A DNA stretch of 64,000 bases from Acidobacteriota bacterium. Lineage in GTDB: Bacteria > Acidobacteriota > UBA6911 > RPQK01 > JADFOI01. The position numbers were made by a program, and so were the translations under genes. The notes beneath the pieces were generated by a model. It was not told where the DNA came from. It searched no databases and saw nothing but the letters and a program-made list of their open reading frames with translations. The stretch covers positions 3,168,001-3,232,000 of the forward strand of contig OY760074.1 of the NCBI GenBank assembly GCA_963663035.1, written 5' to 3'. Below are positions 9,863 to 20,178 of this stretch, piece by piece. How positions within the stretch are numbered: position 1 is the stretch's first letter; the number at the start of each line of letters is the position of its first letter.

Positions 9863-10875
9863 TACAAAATCAACATCGCGTCTCCATAGCTGTAAAAACG
9901 ATAGCCCCGGTCAATGGCCTCCCGGTAACATTTTTGTAGCAGCTTTCTTCCCGCGAAAGCCGAGACCAGGAGGAGGAGCGTGGATCTAGGGAGATGAAAG
10001 TTGGTGATGAGACCTCCGATCACTCTGAAATCAAACCCCGGGGAGATAAAAAGATCGGTCCACCCGCGATCGGCCGCAATTTGCTGATGCTTGGAAAAGA
10101 CGTGCTCCAGGGCGCGAGTCGTGGTTGTCCCCACTGCGATCACACGGCCGGTCCTTTGGACCTCAGCAATACGCGTGGCCGCTTCTGAGCCGATCTCATA
10201 GTACTCAGAATCCATCTGATGCTCCTCAACACTCTCCGCCGTAACCGGTTTGAAGGTCCCATAGCCGACATGCAAGGTAATCTTGCAATGGGAGGTCTCC
10301 TCCAACAACTCCTGTGTCAAGTGAAGTCCAGCCGTGGGCGCTGCCACAGATCCAGGAACTCTGGCGAAGACCGTTTGGTATCGCTTTCGATCATCTGTGG
10401 TTGACTGGCGACTGATATATGGGGGAAGAGGCGTCTGTCCCAGTCTGTCGATCCACTCCCAAAACTCTCCGGAATACTCGAAGCGCAGCTGGCGCACCGC
10501 TGAATCGGAAGCATCAAGGACCTCAGCTTCAAATTCACCAGATTGGAAAACCAAGCGAACGCCCGGCCGGGCCTTCTTACCCGGTTTGATGAGAGCTTCC
10601 CACACATCCCCTTCAAGGGAAGAAAGCAGCAGGACTTCTATCTTCTCCTGCCGGCCTTCTCGATAGGCAAACAGGCGGGCTGGAATCACTCGGGTGTTAT
10701 TCAGAACGAGCAAATCCCGCGATGAAAGGAAGCGTGGTAGATCTCGGAACCGGTGATGCTCAAGACTTTGAGAGACTCGATCGACCACCATCAAGCGGGA
10801 CTGGTCCCGCTTCTCACAGGGATGCTGGGCAATGAGCTCAGGAGGCAGATGGTAGTCGAAATCAGCGATCTTCAC
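9862..10875 (-). CDS. queA: tRNA preQ1 S-adenosylmethionine ribosyltransferase-isomerase
   Basis: FDYHLPPELIAQ, PLPPYI, AAPTAGLH, TNFHLPRSTL, YRFYSYGDAM. Confidence 0.95.
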   Translation of the reverse strand: MKIADFDYHLPPELIAQHPCEKRDQSRLMVVDRVSQSLEHHRFRDLPRFLSSRDLLVLNNTRVIPARLFAYREGRQEKIEVLLLSSLEGDVWEALIKPGKKARPGVRLVFQSGEFEAEVLDASDSAVRQLRFEYSGEFWEWIDRLGQTPLPPYISRQSTTDDRKRYQTVFARVPGSVAAPTAGLHLTQELLEETSHCKITLHVGYGTFKPVTAESVEEHQMDSEYYEIGSEAATRIAEVQRTGRVIAVGTTTTRALEHVFSKHQQIAADRGWTDLFISPGFDFRVIGGLITNFHLPRSTLLLLVSAFAGRKLLQKCYREAIDRGYRFYSYGDAMLIL

Positions 10876-10903
10876 AGAAATATTCTATACTCCTTTCTTC
10901 GAA

Positions 10904-12058
10904 ATGCAGATTCATAAATCCATTCTGAGACTTTCTGCCGGGCACTTTCTCATTGATGCCTACGCCAGTATGCTGGGGGCCTTTCTCCCCTTTCTCCACG
11001 ACAAATTAAATCTCTCATTGTCTCAGGCGGGGATTCTGGGGGGAGCCCTGGTCTTTTCCAGTTCCCTCATGCAACCCCTTTATGGATATCTGGCGGACCG
11101 TTTCCGACACAAGGTCTTCGCCGCACTGGGCCCGGCCGTGGCAGGTGTCTTTATCTGTTGCCTGGGGCTGGCTCCCAGCTTCACCTCCCTGTTGATCCTT
11201 GTCATGCTGGGTGGCGTTGGGATCGCCTCCTTTCATCCTCAAGGGGCAGCCGTCACTGCTCAAGTTGGCAGCCAACGTCGTGGATATCACATGGCAGTCT
11301 TCATTACGGGCGGGATGGTAGGGTACTCGATCGGTCCTGTCTATATTACCAGTGTCATCACCTTGGCTGGTCTCGAAAACAGCTACTGGGCAGCACTGCC
11401 GGGCGTTCTGATGAGCGCCTACCTGTTGGTCTATGGACCCTCACTTCAAAAAGTGGGCGAGCAGGTTAGGCCGATTCGCCTCAGAGAACGCCTGAAGGAA
11501 AAACGCCGGCCACTCTTGATCCATTATTCCCTGGTAGTCGTTCGCTCGATCAACCACCTGGTGTTCGTGGCCTTTCTTCCCTTATACCTGACCATGCGAG
11601 GTCACAGTAAAATGGAGGCCGCTCTGACTCTGACGCTCTTTCTGCTGGCTGGAGCAATCACGGGACTGTGGGGTGGAATTCTGGCCGATCGCTTTGGAGG
11701 TAAGCTGGTCATTGCTATTTCCATGATCGGCTACGCTCCTCTCGCAGTCGCGTTTCTCTTGACAACCGGCCCCTTGTCGATTGTCTTGTGTGCCTTGGCA
11801 GGAGCATTTCTTCTCTTTTCGAATCCAGTCAATGTGGTCATGGCCCAGAGACTGATTCCGGAATCCGCCAGTACTGTGTCGGCACTGATGATGGGCTTTG
11901 CCTGGGGCGTGGGCGGATTTATCATCCCCTTGGTAGGGATTCTGAGCGACACCTTTGGTCTTCAGACAATTCTGCTGTGGCTCATCCTGCTGTGCTCACC
12001 CGGGGTCTTACCCGCTTTTCTGCTGCCCTCACGCCCAGAGCCGCACACAACCCCCTAG
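10904..12058 (+). CDS. MFS transporter (Fsr-like)
   Basis: About 12 hydrophobic segments, GYLADRF and GILADRFG MFS motifs, FHP. Confidence 0.85.
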   Translation: MQIHKSILRLSAGHFLIDAYASMLGAFLPFLHDKLNLSLSQAGILGGALVFSSSLMQPLYGYLADRFRHKVFAALGPAVAGVFICCLGLAPSFTSLLILVMLGGVGIASFHPQGAAVTAQVGSQRRGYHMAVFITGGMVGYSIGPVYITSVITLAGLENSYWAALPGVLMSAYLLVYGPSLQKVGEQVRPIRLRERLKEKRRPLLIHYSLVVVRSINHLVFVAFLPLYLTMRGHSKMEAALTLTLFLLAGAITGLWGGILADRFGGKLVIAISMIGYAPLAVAFLLTTGPLSIVLCALAGAFLLFSNPVNVVMAQRLIPESASTVSALMMGFAWGVGGFIIPLVGILSDTFGLQTILLWLILLCSPGVLPAFLLPSRPEPHTTP

Positions 12059-12138
12059 ATATCTAGTCTGTACGCTGCCAGTTTGCACCGCTTTAGGTCA
12101 GACCAGTATACTGAACTAGGAGCTCTAAGGAGCACTAA

Positions 12139-12381
12139 ATGAGAAAAACAGACTGGATTACCCTGGATTATCTTGAGTTCTTCTGCCAACAGAACCATCT
12201 CGTGATCGGTTGCAAAAGGGGAGAAGAGGAGGTTTGGATTTCTCCTCTAGGGCCGCACCCTTCAAACCTGACTTCAAAAGAGGTGCAACACATCCTGAGG
12301 GGCAGTGCCAACTTCGAAATACGCACGACTCTAGACGCTGGAGTTGACGCATTCGCATTTCATGAGTCGGGACGAGCTTGA
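12139..12381 (+). CDS. Small hypothetical protein (C-terminus may be frameshifted)
   Basis: RBS aaggag upstream; an alternative frame ends ...ELEHKIRRLMN at 12409. Confidence 0.5.
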   Translation: MRKTDWITLDYLEFFCQQNHLVIGCKRGEEEVWISPLGPHPSNLTSKEVQHILRGSANFEIRTTLDAGVDAFAFHESGRA

Positions 12382-12451
12382 ACACAAAATCCGCCGCCTG
12401 ATGAATTAGTCAGTACCTTTCATAAATCGCTCTCACCCTCCTAGTGCTCAC

Positions 12452-13222
12452 TTAGGAAGTACTCTCCGCGAGCCCGTAGGAGTCTATCAACTTTATGAAC
12501 TCGTCATCTTGGCGAACATTTTCAAAAGCTTCGTCGCTCATCAGCCTCTCACTATCTGAGAAACCAGCTGAAAGTGCTTTCCCTAGATATCCCAAACAAG
12601 TGTCTTTATCTCCCAACTCTGCAAAGATCCGAGCCATCTGATAAAACTTTTCCGGGTTGGCGGCGTCGTCAAATTCGTATGACAGCTCGATGATATCCGT
12701 TCTTTGGAAGATTTCAGGGTCAACTTCCAGGGCCATCTGATAAGTACGCATTCCCTCCTCATACTCGTCGTCCCGGATATAGGCGTGTCCCAGATTAAGG
12801 TAGAAACTTCCCTCCTCCGGCCTTAATCTAATCGCTTCTTTAAAGGATTGGATTGCCTTCCGGTTTAGTAGAGTTGCCAGAAAGATGATTCCTCTTGTGT
12901 TGTGCGCAAAAGGGTACTCGGGCTCGAGTCGAATAGCGCGCCTTACCGCCTGTTCAGCTTGACGAAATTGCCTCAGACGAGAATAGGCCATGGCCAATTT
13001 ATTGAAGATGACTTCGTGGTAGGGATTGAGCCTTGAGGCTTCCAGATACTTGAGCAGTGCAAAATGTTCACTTCCCTCTAAAAACATTTGATCTCCCTCC
13101 GCCATCAAACGGTAGGAAGCCAGAAGATCTTCTCGCGGAACTGTCAGTTTGGGGATTCGTTCCAGCCCACCACATGCGGACAAAGCCGCTAATGTCAGAC
13201 CGAAAACAACTTTCAACCTCAT
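12452..13222 (-). CDS. TPR-repeat lipoprotein
   Basis: Lipobox LSAC, repeated TPR patterns (A..L.P), TPR end-of-group-like C-terminus. Confidence 0.85.
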   Translation of the reverse strand: MRLKVVFGLTLAALSACGGLERIPKLTVPREDLLASYRLMAEGDQMFLEGSEHFALLKYLEASRLNPYHEVIFNKLAMAYSRLRQFRQAEQAVRRAIRLEPEYPFAHNTRGIIFLATLLNRKAIQSFKEAIRLRPEEGSFYLNLGHAYIRDDEYEEGMRTYQMALEVDPEIFQRTDIIELSYEFDDAANPEKFYQMARIFAELGDKDTCLGYLGKALSAGFSDSERLMSDEAFENVRQDDEFIKLIDSYGLAESTS

Positions 13223-13356
13223 CTTTCTCTCATTTTACCACGGACTGCTTATCGCTCAGGAGGTGAAAAAGCTGGAGAAATCGCAGATTGCACCCCAGAT
13301 CGATTGTTCGTTTGGCAAACGTCGTTTACAATGATGCGGATCTGAAGATAGTTAAT

Positions 13357-13971
13357 ATGGACAAAACGAAAACCAAAGTGACAAGCACCCACAAAGCCAT
13401 TGATGAGCTCCTGAGTCAGATTATTGACGAGTGGTACCATCGGATATCCCCGCACTATGTGACCCACAGACAGACTCTCGCCAGCGATTCCAAAGGCCAG
13501 GATCGTGAGGAAGAACTAAAGTTTTTCCACGACAGGACAGGTCACCGCATCAAGTTCAACAAGGATGAACTCGATTTTACTTACGGTCTAAGGTGCCAAC
13601 GGGAAAACGAATACTCCATTATTGAAATCAGCGTAAACAATAAAGTCAAAGATTTTGACTACAAGGACTTTCAGCGACGTCTTGTCTCTCATTATAAAAA
13701 AATGGGGAACCGGAAAGTCCCCAGTCCCTTCCAGCTGAAAAGTTATTCCTATCAAGAGATCTTCCAACTCGAACCCAACCTCGAAGAGACCTTTAGTGTT
13801 GAAAGCCGCGACCAAAAGGCAGACATAATGCGTCTTTCTTTCCGAGTAGGCGACCGCTTCACAGAAAAACTGGCTTCTCATCCGGTGGCAGGCAAAAAGC
13901 TCATCGAAGAATACTGTGTCTCGCCTTTCCGAAAAGTTTACGCCACAGTCTACCGCCGAGTATCGCGCTGA
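13357..13971 (+). CDS. Hypothetical protein
   Basis: Long ORF with no recognised motif; start uncertain. Confidence 0.55.
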   Translation: MDKTKTKVTSTHKAIDELLSQIIDEWYHRISPHYVTHRQTLASDSKGQDREEELKFFHDRTGHRIKFNKDELDFTYGLRCQRENEYSIIEISVNNKVKDFDYKDFQRRLVSHYKKMGNRKVPSPFQLKSYSYQEIFQLEPNLEETFSVESRDQKADIMRLSFRVGDRFTEKLASHPVAGKKLIEEYCVSPFRKVYATVYRRVSR

Positions 13972-13990
13972 AACAGTCTGGGGAAAAATC

Positions 13991-14620
13991 ATGGCACAAG
14001 TAGCTTCCAAAAGTGAAAAGACTGATCAGTTGAACCGGGTAGCCTGGATTAGGACCGTAGCAGAGACAGAGGCCACCGGCTATGTAAAGAACATTTACCA
14101 GGGCTTCAAATCTCAGAGGGGCTGGATACCCAACATCTGAAATCCACGACTATCCGCTCCGACCTCACTCGAGGCTGGGTTACTCTCTTTAACACTCTCA
14201 TGTATGGACCCTCAGGACTGAAGCGGGCCCAGCGGGAGATGCTCGCGGTCGTGGTCTCAGCCGTGAATCACTGCCCCTATTGAGTGGAGGCACACGGGGA
14301 GTTTCTCCGTGCTGAACTGGGTGATCCCAAGCTAGCAGAAGCCATCAAACAAGACTACCGTCAGGCCCCCCTGGATCCTGCCACACGCGCACTCCTGGAC
14401 TTCGCCGTCAAGCTTCACTCGAAAAGCCCACACTTGTTCAGAGCAAGACCTCGAGCAACTCAGAGGACATGGTTTTTCTGAGGAGGACATCGTAGACGCC
14501 GTGGCAGTGATCAGCTTCTTCAACTATATCAACCGCATCGCTGACGGTCTGGGAATTGTTCTCAATGAAGAGTACAGGGGTATAGAGAAGAAGCAGATGG
14601 GAGCCGACGAGAAAAAGTAA
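13991..14620 (+). CDS. AhpD/CMD-like peroxidase-related selenoprotein (CxxU), interrupted by two compensating indels
   Basis: Joined frames give ...REMLAVVVSAVNHCPY-TGA(14281)-VEAHG...FFNYINRIADGLG; frame shifts near 14136 and 14416. Confidence 0.75.
14293..14311 (+). other. Putative bacterial SECIS hairpin
   Basis: cacgggga-gtt-tctccgtg stem-loop; G-initiated loop about 18 nt after the TGA. Confidence 0.55.
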
Positions 14621-14650
14621 TTTGTTTGCCGTTTTGAGCCCACACGAGAA

Positions 14651-15295
14651 TCACCTTTTCTTCGCTCCCCCCAGAAGGGCCATCTCCAGCCACTTCCAGT
14701 GGCAATCCACGTCCTCGAATCCAATCTCGCGCAGCCACTGAAGCTGAATCTCTACGCTAACAAGCTTGTTGGAAGGATCCTCATCTGCCTCGGTGGCTCC
14801 GAGCGCCCGCAGAAATCTTCCGTGGAGCTCGGCGGTTGCGGGTGCCACATGCTCCAGGTTACAGAAGATGCCACCGGGCGATAACGCAGTGTAGATCTCG
14901 GAATAGAGCGCCTTCTTCCGCTCGTCGGTGCAGTGATGTATGGCAAAACTCGATACGATCACGTCGAATCGGGCGAGATCGGGCAGGGGCTCGTCCAGGT
15001 TATGCTCGATCACCTGAACCTTCCTGTCACCACGAAATCTCTCACCTGCGGCGGCCAGCATGGCGGGAGAGAAGTCGAGTGCGACACCCTCTGTGTCCTG
15101 CCTGTCAATCCGGAGCAAAGCCAGTAGGCGCCCGTCTCCGGTTCCCAGATCTAGAATTCGCTCAACCTTTTGTGGGACGAATTCCAGCAAGACAGCCTCG
15201 CCCTCCGTGCGATGTGGAAGCCGATCTGCACGAGCCAGATACTTCAGCGCGTGCTCGGCGTTTGCCCATTCGTTCAGATCAGGTTTGTTCCTCAT
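14651..15295 (-). CDS. Class I SAM-dependent methyltransferase
   Basis: ILDLGTGDG motif [18 protein letters not shown]. Confidence 0.9.
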   Translation of the reverse strand: MRNKPDLNEWANAEHALKYLARADRLPHRTEGEAVLLEFVPQKVERILDLGTGDGRLLALLRIDRQDTEGVALDFSPAMLAAAGERFRGDRKVQVIEHNLDEPLPDLARFDVIVSSFAIHHCTDERKKALYSEIYTALSPGGIFCNLEHVAPATAELHGRFLRALGATEADEDPSNKLVSVEIQLQWLREIGFEDVDCHWKWLEMALLGGAKKR

Positions 15296-15381
15296 GGGTT
15301 CTGATAAATGGCCCTGGCGTGGGAGGACTCAGGACTGAAGTCACAAAGAAGTTCAAAAGACTACAGAGGAGGTAAAACTGC

Positions 15382-16068
15382 CTATTCCGCTGCCACGATG
15401 TCGGTGACGAGACTGCCGCTGATAGCGGGCCGATAGACTTCCTCAAGCCACTTCGTGTGCTCTGGATGGGAACGATAGGCTTGTAAATCCTCGTCACTTT
15501 TAAATCCGGTCACCAGACCGTAAGAGTATTCCGAGCTTCCTCGAGTAACCTTTCCCACCACCACGGTTGCGACTTCAGGAATGCTTTCCAGCATCTTCCT
15601 TCCACTATCCAGGACAGCTTTCTTTTGTTCTTCTGAGACCTGGGGTTGAAATTCGAAGAGAACTTGATGAAAAATCTGAACTTCGGATCCTGTCGTCTCT
15701 GACTCACCCACATCGGGCGTTTCCTGGTGGGCTGGAACGGTGCTCGCTTCGTCTGGAAAATGCATGGCCAGGTACTTGGAGATAATCTCAGCTTCCCGGT
15801 CCATCCCGCCGGAGATTCTTCCCAACATGTCATAGACAGTGGCTTCCCAGCCTAGCAGGGTCTTCCTCTGAGAGAGAACCTGACCGAGTCCATGACAGCT
15901 CGTGCAAAGCGTCTGTACATATCCCTTGCCCTTCCCGTCCGGCATCTGGGCGCTCAACTGAGCACTGCTCGTCTCTGCAGAGGCGGCAATAGAAGAGCCA
16001 AAGACGAAGGTGCCCGCAAGAAGGGCGAGTCTGATACCAAAAAATGAGGCAAGAGTTTTCGAAGGCAT
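15382..16068 (-). CDS. Secreted cytochrome c - Dabb (stress-responsive A/B barrel) fusion
   Basis: Signal peptide, CTSCH heme motif, C-terminal HQVLFEF...IPEV...AYRSHPEH Dabb pattern. Confidence 0.75.
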   Translation of the reverse strand: MPSKTLASFFGIRLALLAGTFVFGSSIAASAETSSAQLSAQMPDGKGKGYVQTLCTSCHGLGQVLSQRKTLLGWEATVYDMLGRISGGMDREAEIISKYLAMHFPDEASTVPAHQETPDVGESETTGSEVQIFHQVLFEFQPQVSEEQKKAVLDSGRKMLESIPEVATVVVGKVTRGSSEYSYGLVTGFKSDEDLQAYRSHPEHTKWLEEVYRPAISGSLVTDIVAAE

Positions 16069-16130
16069 AGGTTAGTCCTCTGGTCAATGGCGATTTCTCG
16101 CTCTGCTTTACTCTTTTTGTTTCCCGTCCC

Positions 16131-16727
16131 TCAACGCCAAGGGAACTCACGGCGCAGAAGCTCGCGAGGAGCTTGGACCCTCTTCTTTCGGACAATCTCA
16201 TCCGATTTCAGATAATTCAGGAGGAGCTGGCCATCCCGGTACATGACTGCCCGTCCCTGGCGATTTCCATAGCCTGGTGGTTGCTCACCCGGACCGCCCG
16301 GTTGACCCACGATGATCCTGCCCACCATCCCCAGGTACTCGTGGGTGTGGGAATAGTAATCGTAGGTCCCCTCCACCTCAAAGGTCCACTCGAAAGCCCC
16401 ACCAGTTGCACTCATCGTCCTGGAATCGAAGGGCTTCGCTGTCTCGGGAATGCGCAGCTCGTGATTGTCGTTAGAAGGATGGAAGGCCGCCACACCACGT
16501 CTTCCCACACCCGACCACCGCACAGTCTGACCGGCCTCAATGTAGAGACCGGCAGGATCGTAATAATAGAGCCCCCCGTTGTAGCTAAAGAGTGCCAGAA
16601 CGGTCGGCTGCTCAGGGCTCGTCTCCTGTGCTTCGGGTGGAAGCCCTCCCTGACTGAAACTCCCCAGACCCACGACACCGCTGCCAGTTAAGACTAAGAA
16701 ATCTCGCCGGTCGAACCTGGATGACAT
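16131..16727 (-). CDS. Tat-exported cupredoxin/halocyanin-like protein with substituted Cu ligands
   Basis: DRRDFL Tat motif, YYDPAGLYIEAGQTVRW, EGTYDYYSHTHEYLGM. Confidence 0.75.
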   Translation of the reverse strand: MSSRFDRRDFLVLTGSGVVGLGSFSQGGLPPEAQETSPEQPTVLALFSYNGGLYYYDPAGLYIEAGQTVRWSGVGRRGVAAFHPSNDNHELRIPETAKPFDSRTMSATGGAFEWTFEVEGTYDYYSHTHEYLGMVGRIIVGQPGGPGEQPPGYGNRQGRAVMYRDGQLLLNYLKSDEIVRKKRVQAPRELLRREFPWR

Positions 16728-16771
16728 AGTGCATACTCCTTTCGAATGGACCTTTACTGGAGAGCCTCTAG

Positions 16772-16917
16772 CCGGGATTATGCATAAGTTATCTACTGTA
16801 GTGCCGCAATCATCCACGCTGACTGCGTTGTGCGACCCGCAAGCGGATTACCCCTCGCACGCCTTGTCATCGCGGCGCCAGCGGCACTTCGTCACGAAAA
16901 CCTATGCATAATCCCGG
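16772..16917 (+). mobile_element. MITE family A copy 3 with CTAG target duplication
   Basis: ctag-ccgggattatgcata...tatgcataatcccgg-ctag. Confidence 0.9.
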
Positions 16918-18357
16918 CTAGCGTCCATCGATGCTGTAGGCGAACACAAAATACTTGTTTTTCGGCTCGGTGGGCAAGCCTCCTTCACCGTTGCTGGTAT
17001 ACAAAGTCCCGTTGGAGATCACAATTCCGCCTCGAGAAGTGCTGGGCAAGGTCGACTGCCAGAGCTCTTTTCCGGTCTCAGCATCGAAGGCTTCCAGGCT
17101 CCCGTCGCCCAGGGACTGGTAGAAAACACCGTTGGCCACGCATACCGGAGATCTGTTCATGCTGTTGTTGTGGCGCCACCAGACAATCTCTCCTGTGTAG
17201 GCATGCAGAGCGGCTGTAACCGATTCAGATAGTCCGAGCGAACGGCTGGTCATCTCGTCTCTGTCATTAATGGCATTGGAAACGACGTAAACCTTGTTGT
17301 ATGCAGCGGCTGTGCTGTTCCACCAGGGACCGCCCTGGGTGGCCCAGTTGGTCAGCATGACCCTCCACAAGAGCTCTCCCGTGTAACGGTCCCAGGTAAA
17401 AAACGCTGTTTTGTTGCCTGCTCCCACGCACTGGCGCCTGGCACCGCGCTTACCCGGGCTCACGGCCTCAAAAATCATGGGATGGCAGGAGAAATCGAGA
17501 TCAAAGGGATCTGTTGCCCGAACCTGATAGTGCCACAACAACTCCCCTGTCTCCAGATCATTGGCGATGATGCTGTCGGTGTAGAGCAGCGGACCCGGAG
17601 GGTTGAATGAACGCGGGTTACCGGTAACATTGTAGACAATATTTTGCTCTTCATCGATGGCTGCAGCGGTCCACACAGAGCCTCCGCCATCTGTACGATC
17701 GGGGACAATGTGAAACCTCCAGCGGATGGCGCCCGTCTCAGCGTCAAGACAGGCTATCTGAGCATTGTTTGCCGAGGTCCCGATAAAAATCCGATCCCCA
17801 TAAATGGTGGGGGAAGATGAGACCGTTGCGCCATCATCGATTTTGGTTTTCCAGATGGTTTGACCGGTCGCCGCATCGACGCAGTGCAGTTCCCCAGCTC
17901 CAGTGCCGAAGTAAATCCTGCCATTGTCGAACTCAGCGGTGGATTTGATATTACGCAAATTCCAGCGAGGCTCCGGTCTTACGCCCGCATCAAATTTCCA
18001 CTTGAGCTCACCCGTCTCGCTGTCCAGGGCGTGGTAGTGGCCGTCCCAGGCTCCGATAAACAAACTGTCTCCCACCACGGTAGGGCTGGTCTGAATGGGT
18101 GCTCCCACCTCATGACTCCACTTGAGCTCGAGACGTCCCACGTTTCCGGCGTTGAGTGTGTTTTCACGCGAGTTAAAGCGGGTGTTGTGCAAATCGTAGG
18201 CAAATCGGGACCAGTCGGCAGGACCGGGTACAGGTTGCCTTCTCCTCTGTGCCCAAGCCGAGGGCCCCAGGGAAGTCAAAGCCAGGCTGGCTCCCATGCC
18301 TCCCACGAATTTTCGTCGAGTCCAGGGTGAGTCACCTTTTCTCTTGGTTGGTACCAT
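16918..18357 (-). CDS. Tat-exported PQQ-binding beta-propeller protein (PQQ dehydrogenase-like)
   Basis: TRRKFV Tat motif, repeated ALDxETGxxxW blades, GGSVWT, YTDSIIA.D..TG. Confidence 0.85.
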   Translation of the reverse strand: MVPTKRKGDSPWTRRKFVGGMGASLALTSLGPSAWAQRRRQPVPGPADWSRFAYDLHNTRFNSRENTLNAGNVGRLELKWSHEVGAPIQTSPTVVGDSLFIGAWDGHYHALDSETGELKWKFDAGVRPEPRWNLRNIKSTAEFDNGRIYFGTGAGELHCVDAATGQTIWKTKIDDGATVSSSPTIYGDRIFIGTSANNAQIACLDAETGAIRWRFHIVPDRTDGGGSVWTAAAIDEEQNIVYNVTGNPRSFNPPGPLLYTDSIIANDLETGELLWHYQVRATDPFDLDFSCHPMIFEAVSPGKRGARRQCVGAGNKTAFFTWDRYTGELLWRVMLTNWATQGGPWWNSTAAAYNKVYVVSNAINDRDEMTSRSLGLSESVTAALHAYTGEIVWWRHNNSMNRSPVCVANGVFYQSLGDGSLEAFDAETGKELWQSTLPSTSRGGIVISNGTLYTSNGEGGLPTEPKNKYFVFAYSIDGR

Positions 18358-20156
18358 TATTGGACTCCTTGGTTCGGATCCTGATTCGGATTGAGGTAGA
18401 CGAACTCACCACCCATCATCGTTCTCAGAACGGGGATATCCTTGATTTCCTCAGGCGGTACCGTGAGAATGTCCCTTCCCAACACCACCAGATCGGCCAG
18501 CTTTCCCGCTTCAATCGAGCCCTTCAGGTCCTCCTCAAAGGTTGAGTAGGCGGGGCTAATGGTGACGGCTCGGATGGCCTCCTCCACACTAATACGCTCC
18601 TCCGGGTTGATGACCTTCCCCGATCTTCTCAGGCGGTTGACCGATGAAAAAATGGTGAAGAGGGGAACCCCGGTGGGGCCTCGACCAGAATCGGAGCCGG
18701 TCATGACGACAATCCCATGGTCCAGGTAAGTCTTCAGAGGATAGGGCCCATAGGCGGGGCGGTCCGTATCTACGTTTTGCTCCTCGTAGTCATCGCTCAT
18801 CCGGTAGAAGCGACTGCTCTGAGGCTCGACAATCACACCATAGCGCTGGAGCACTTCCAGGTTCTTGTCGGTAGGCCATCTGGCGTGGGTAATGACGTGT
18901 CGCACGTCCTCGCGGGGGAATTCAAGGTAGGCTTCCTCCAGCCCTTCGATGGCCAGGTCGTACGATTCTCCCTCACTCACATGAATGTACAGCTGCCAGC
19001 CGGCTCGATGCACCTCTTTGATGACCTTTTTCACGTCCTCGCGAGGGAGCTTGAAGTCGCCCGACGAGTCGTAAATAGAGATCTTGATTTGTCCGAAGTG
19101 CAGTGTCTCGTTTCCAAATCCGGAATCAAAAAGCATGTCGTCAAACCACTCCAGAATCCCATCAGTCGGCCTGTAGACAATGGGCAGGCGCATGATGCAG
19201 TTGACTCGAACCATGAGTTCGCCCCGGCTGCTCAACCGCTGATAGGCCTTCATCCAGTTCTGGTTCTCCCGAACATTGGACATGTTGGTATTGGGATCCC
19301 CGATGGTGGTAATTCCATAAGGGACCACCAGCTCGGAGGCGTGCTGGATGGTTTTAGCCAGAGTCTCGACGCTGTGTCGGACCAGGACGCTGTGGGCAAT
19401 CGAAGCCGCCGCCCGACCCAGAAACACCCCGGTCGGCTCTCCCGAAGCATCCTTGACGATTTCCCCCAACAGACCCTGATCGGAGGGTTGTGGCGTACGG
19501 CGGGTAATGCCCGCCTTTTGCAGGGCCAGGCTGTTGGCAGAAGCGTTGGCACCTGATCCACCGTACTCGAGAAAAACAGGGTGTTGAGGGGAGATGGGAT
19601 CCAGATCCCTCCGATTGGGGTATCGCCCTTCCTCAAGACTACTGGGGGAGCCAGGGCCCAGGAAAAACCAGACTATTTCCCCAGCTGGGGTCTGTTCTAT
19701 TTTCTCCTGGACGACGGCCAGAATCTCACTGATCGATCTGGATGCCCGGTATTTCTGTGTCAACTCGTCCACTACGAATCCCACGGTATGGGCAAAGTGC
19801 ACGTGGGGGTCATTGAATCCGGGTAAGACAGTCGCGCCTTCCAGATCGACGACTTCCGTGCGATCCCCGGCCAGCTCTCTGACACTGCTATTGCTCCCCA
19901 CAGCCAGGAATTTTCCATCCTTAATGGCCACTGCCTCAGCGATGGAAAAGTCCTCATCCACGGTGACAATCTTGGCGTTGAACAAAACGGTATCGGGATG
20001 CAACACCCCCAGATCGGCTCCACAACCCATCAGCATGCACAGCAGCCCCAGTCCCAGGAGACCCCCGGCAAGACGGCTCGGAGAGGCGAGTAGACGTTTC
20101 GATTTTGGAGTCTTGGCGGTTGGGCCGCCACAAAGAGTTGTATTGCTTTCATTCAT
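18357..20156 (-). CDS. Amidohydro_3 (YtcJ-like) metal-dependent hydrolase lipoprotein, paralogue 1
   Basis: Lipobox LMGC, PGFNDPHVH, GSD, KGSIEAGKLADLVVL. Confidence 0.85.
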   Translation of the reverse strand: MNESNTTLCGGPTAKTPKSKRLLASPSRLAGGLLGLGLLCMLMGCGADLGVLHPDTVLFNAKIVTVDEDFSIAEAVAIKDGKFLAVGSNSSVRELAGDRTEVVDLEGATVLPGFNDPHVHFAHTVGFVVDELTQKYRASRSISEILAVVQEKIEQTPAGEIVWFFLGPGSPSSLEEGRYPNRRDLDPISPQHPVFLEYGGSGANASANSLALQKAGITRRTPQPSDQGLLGEIVKDASGEPTGVFLGRAAASIAHSVLVRHSVETLAKTIQHASELVVPYGITTIGDPNTNMSNVRENQNWMKAYQRLSSRGELMVRVNCIMRLPIVYRPTDGILEWFDDMLFDSGFGNETLHFGQIKISIYDSSGDFKLPREDVKKVIKEVHRAGWQLYIHVSEGESYDLAIEGLEEAYLEFPREDVRHVITHARWPTDKNLEVLQRYGVIVEPQSSRFYRMSDDYEEQNVDTDRPAYGPYPLKTYLDHGIVVMTGSDSGRGPTGVPLFTIFSSVNRLRRSGKVINPEERISVEEAIRAVTISPAYSTFEEDLKGSIEAGKLADLVVLGRDILTVPPEEIKDIPVLRTMMGGEFVYLNPNQDPNQGVQ

Positions 20157-20178
20157 GGCTTTGCCCTTTCCAGTGTCA

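Noticed and set aside
14130-14420. Programmed ribosomal frameshifting in the first AhpD gene
   Set aside because: No slippery heptamer, and other indel-like defects in the window point to sequence errors.
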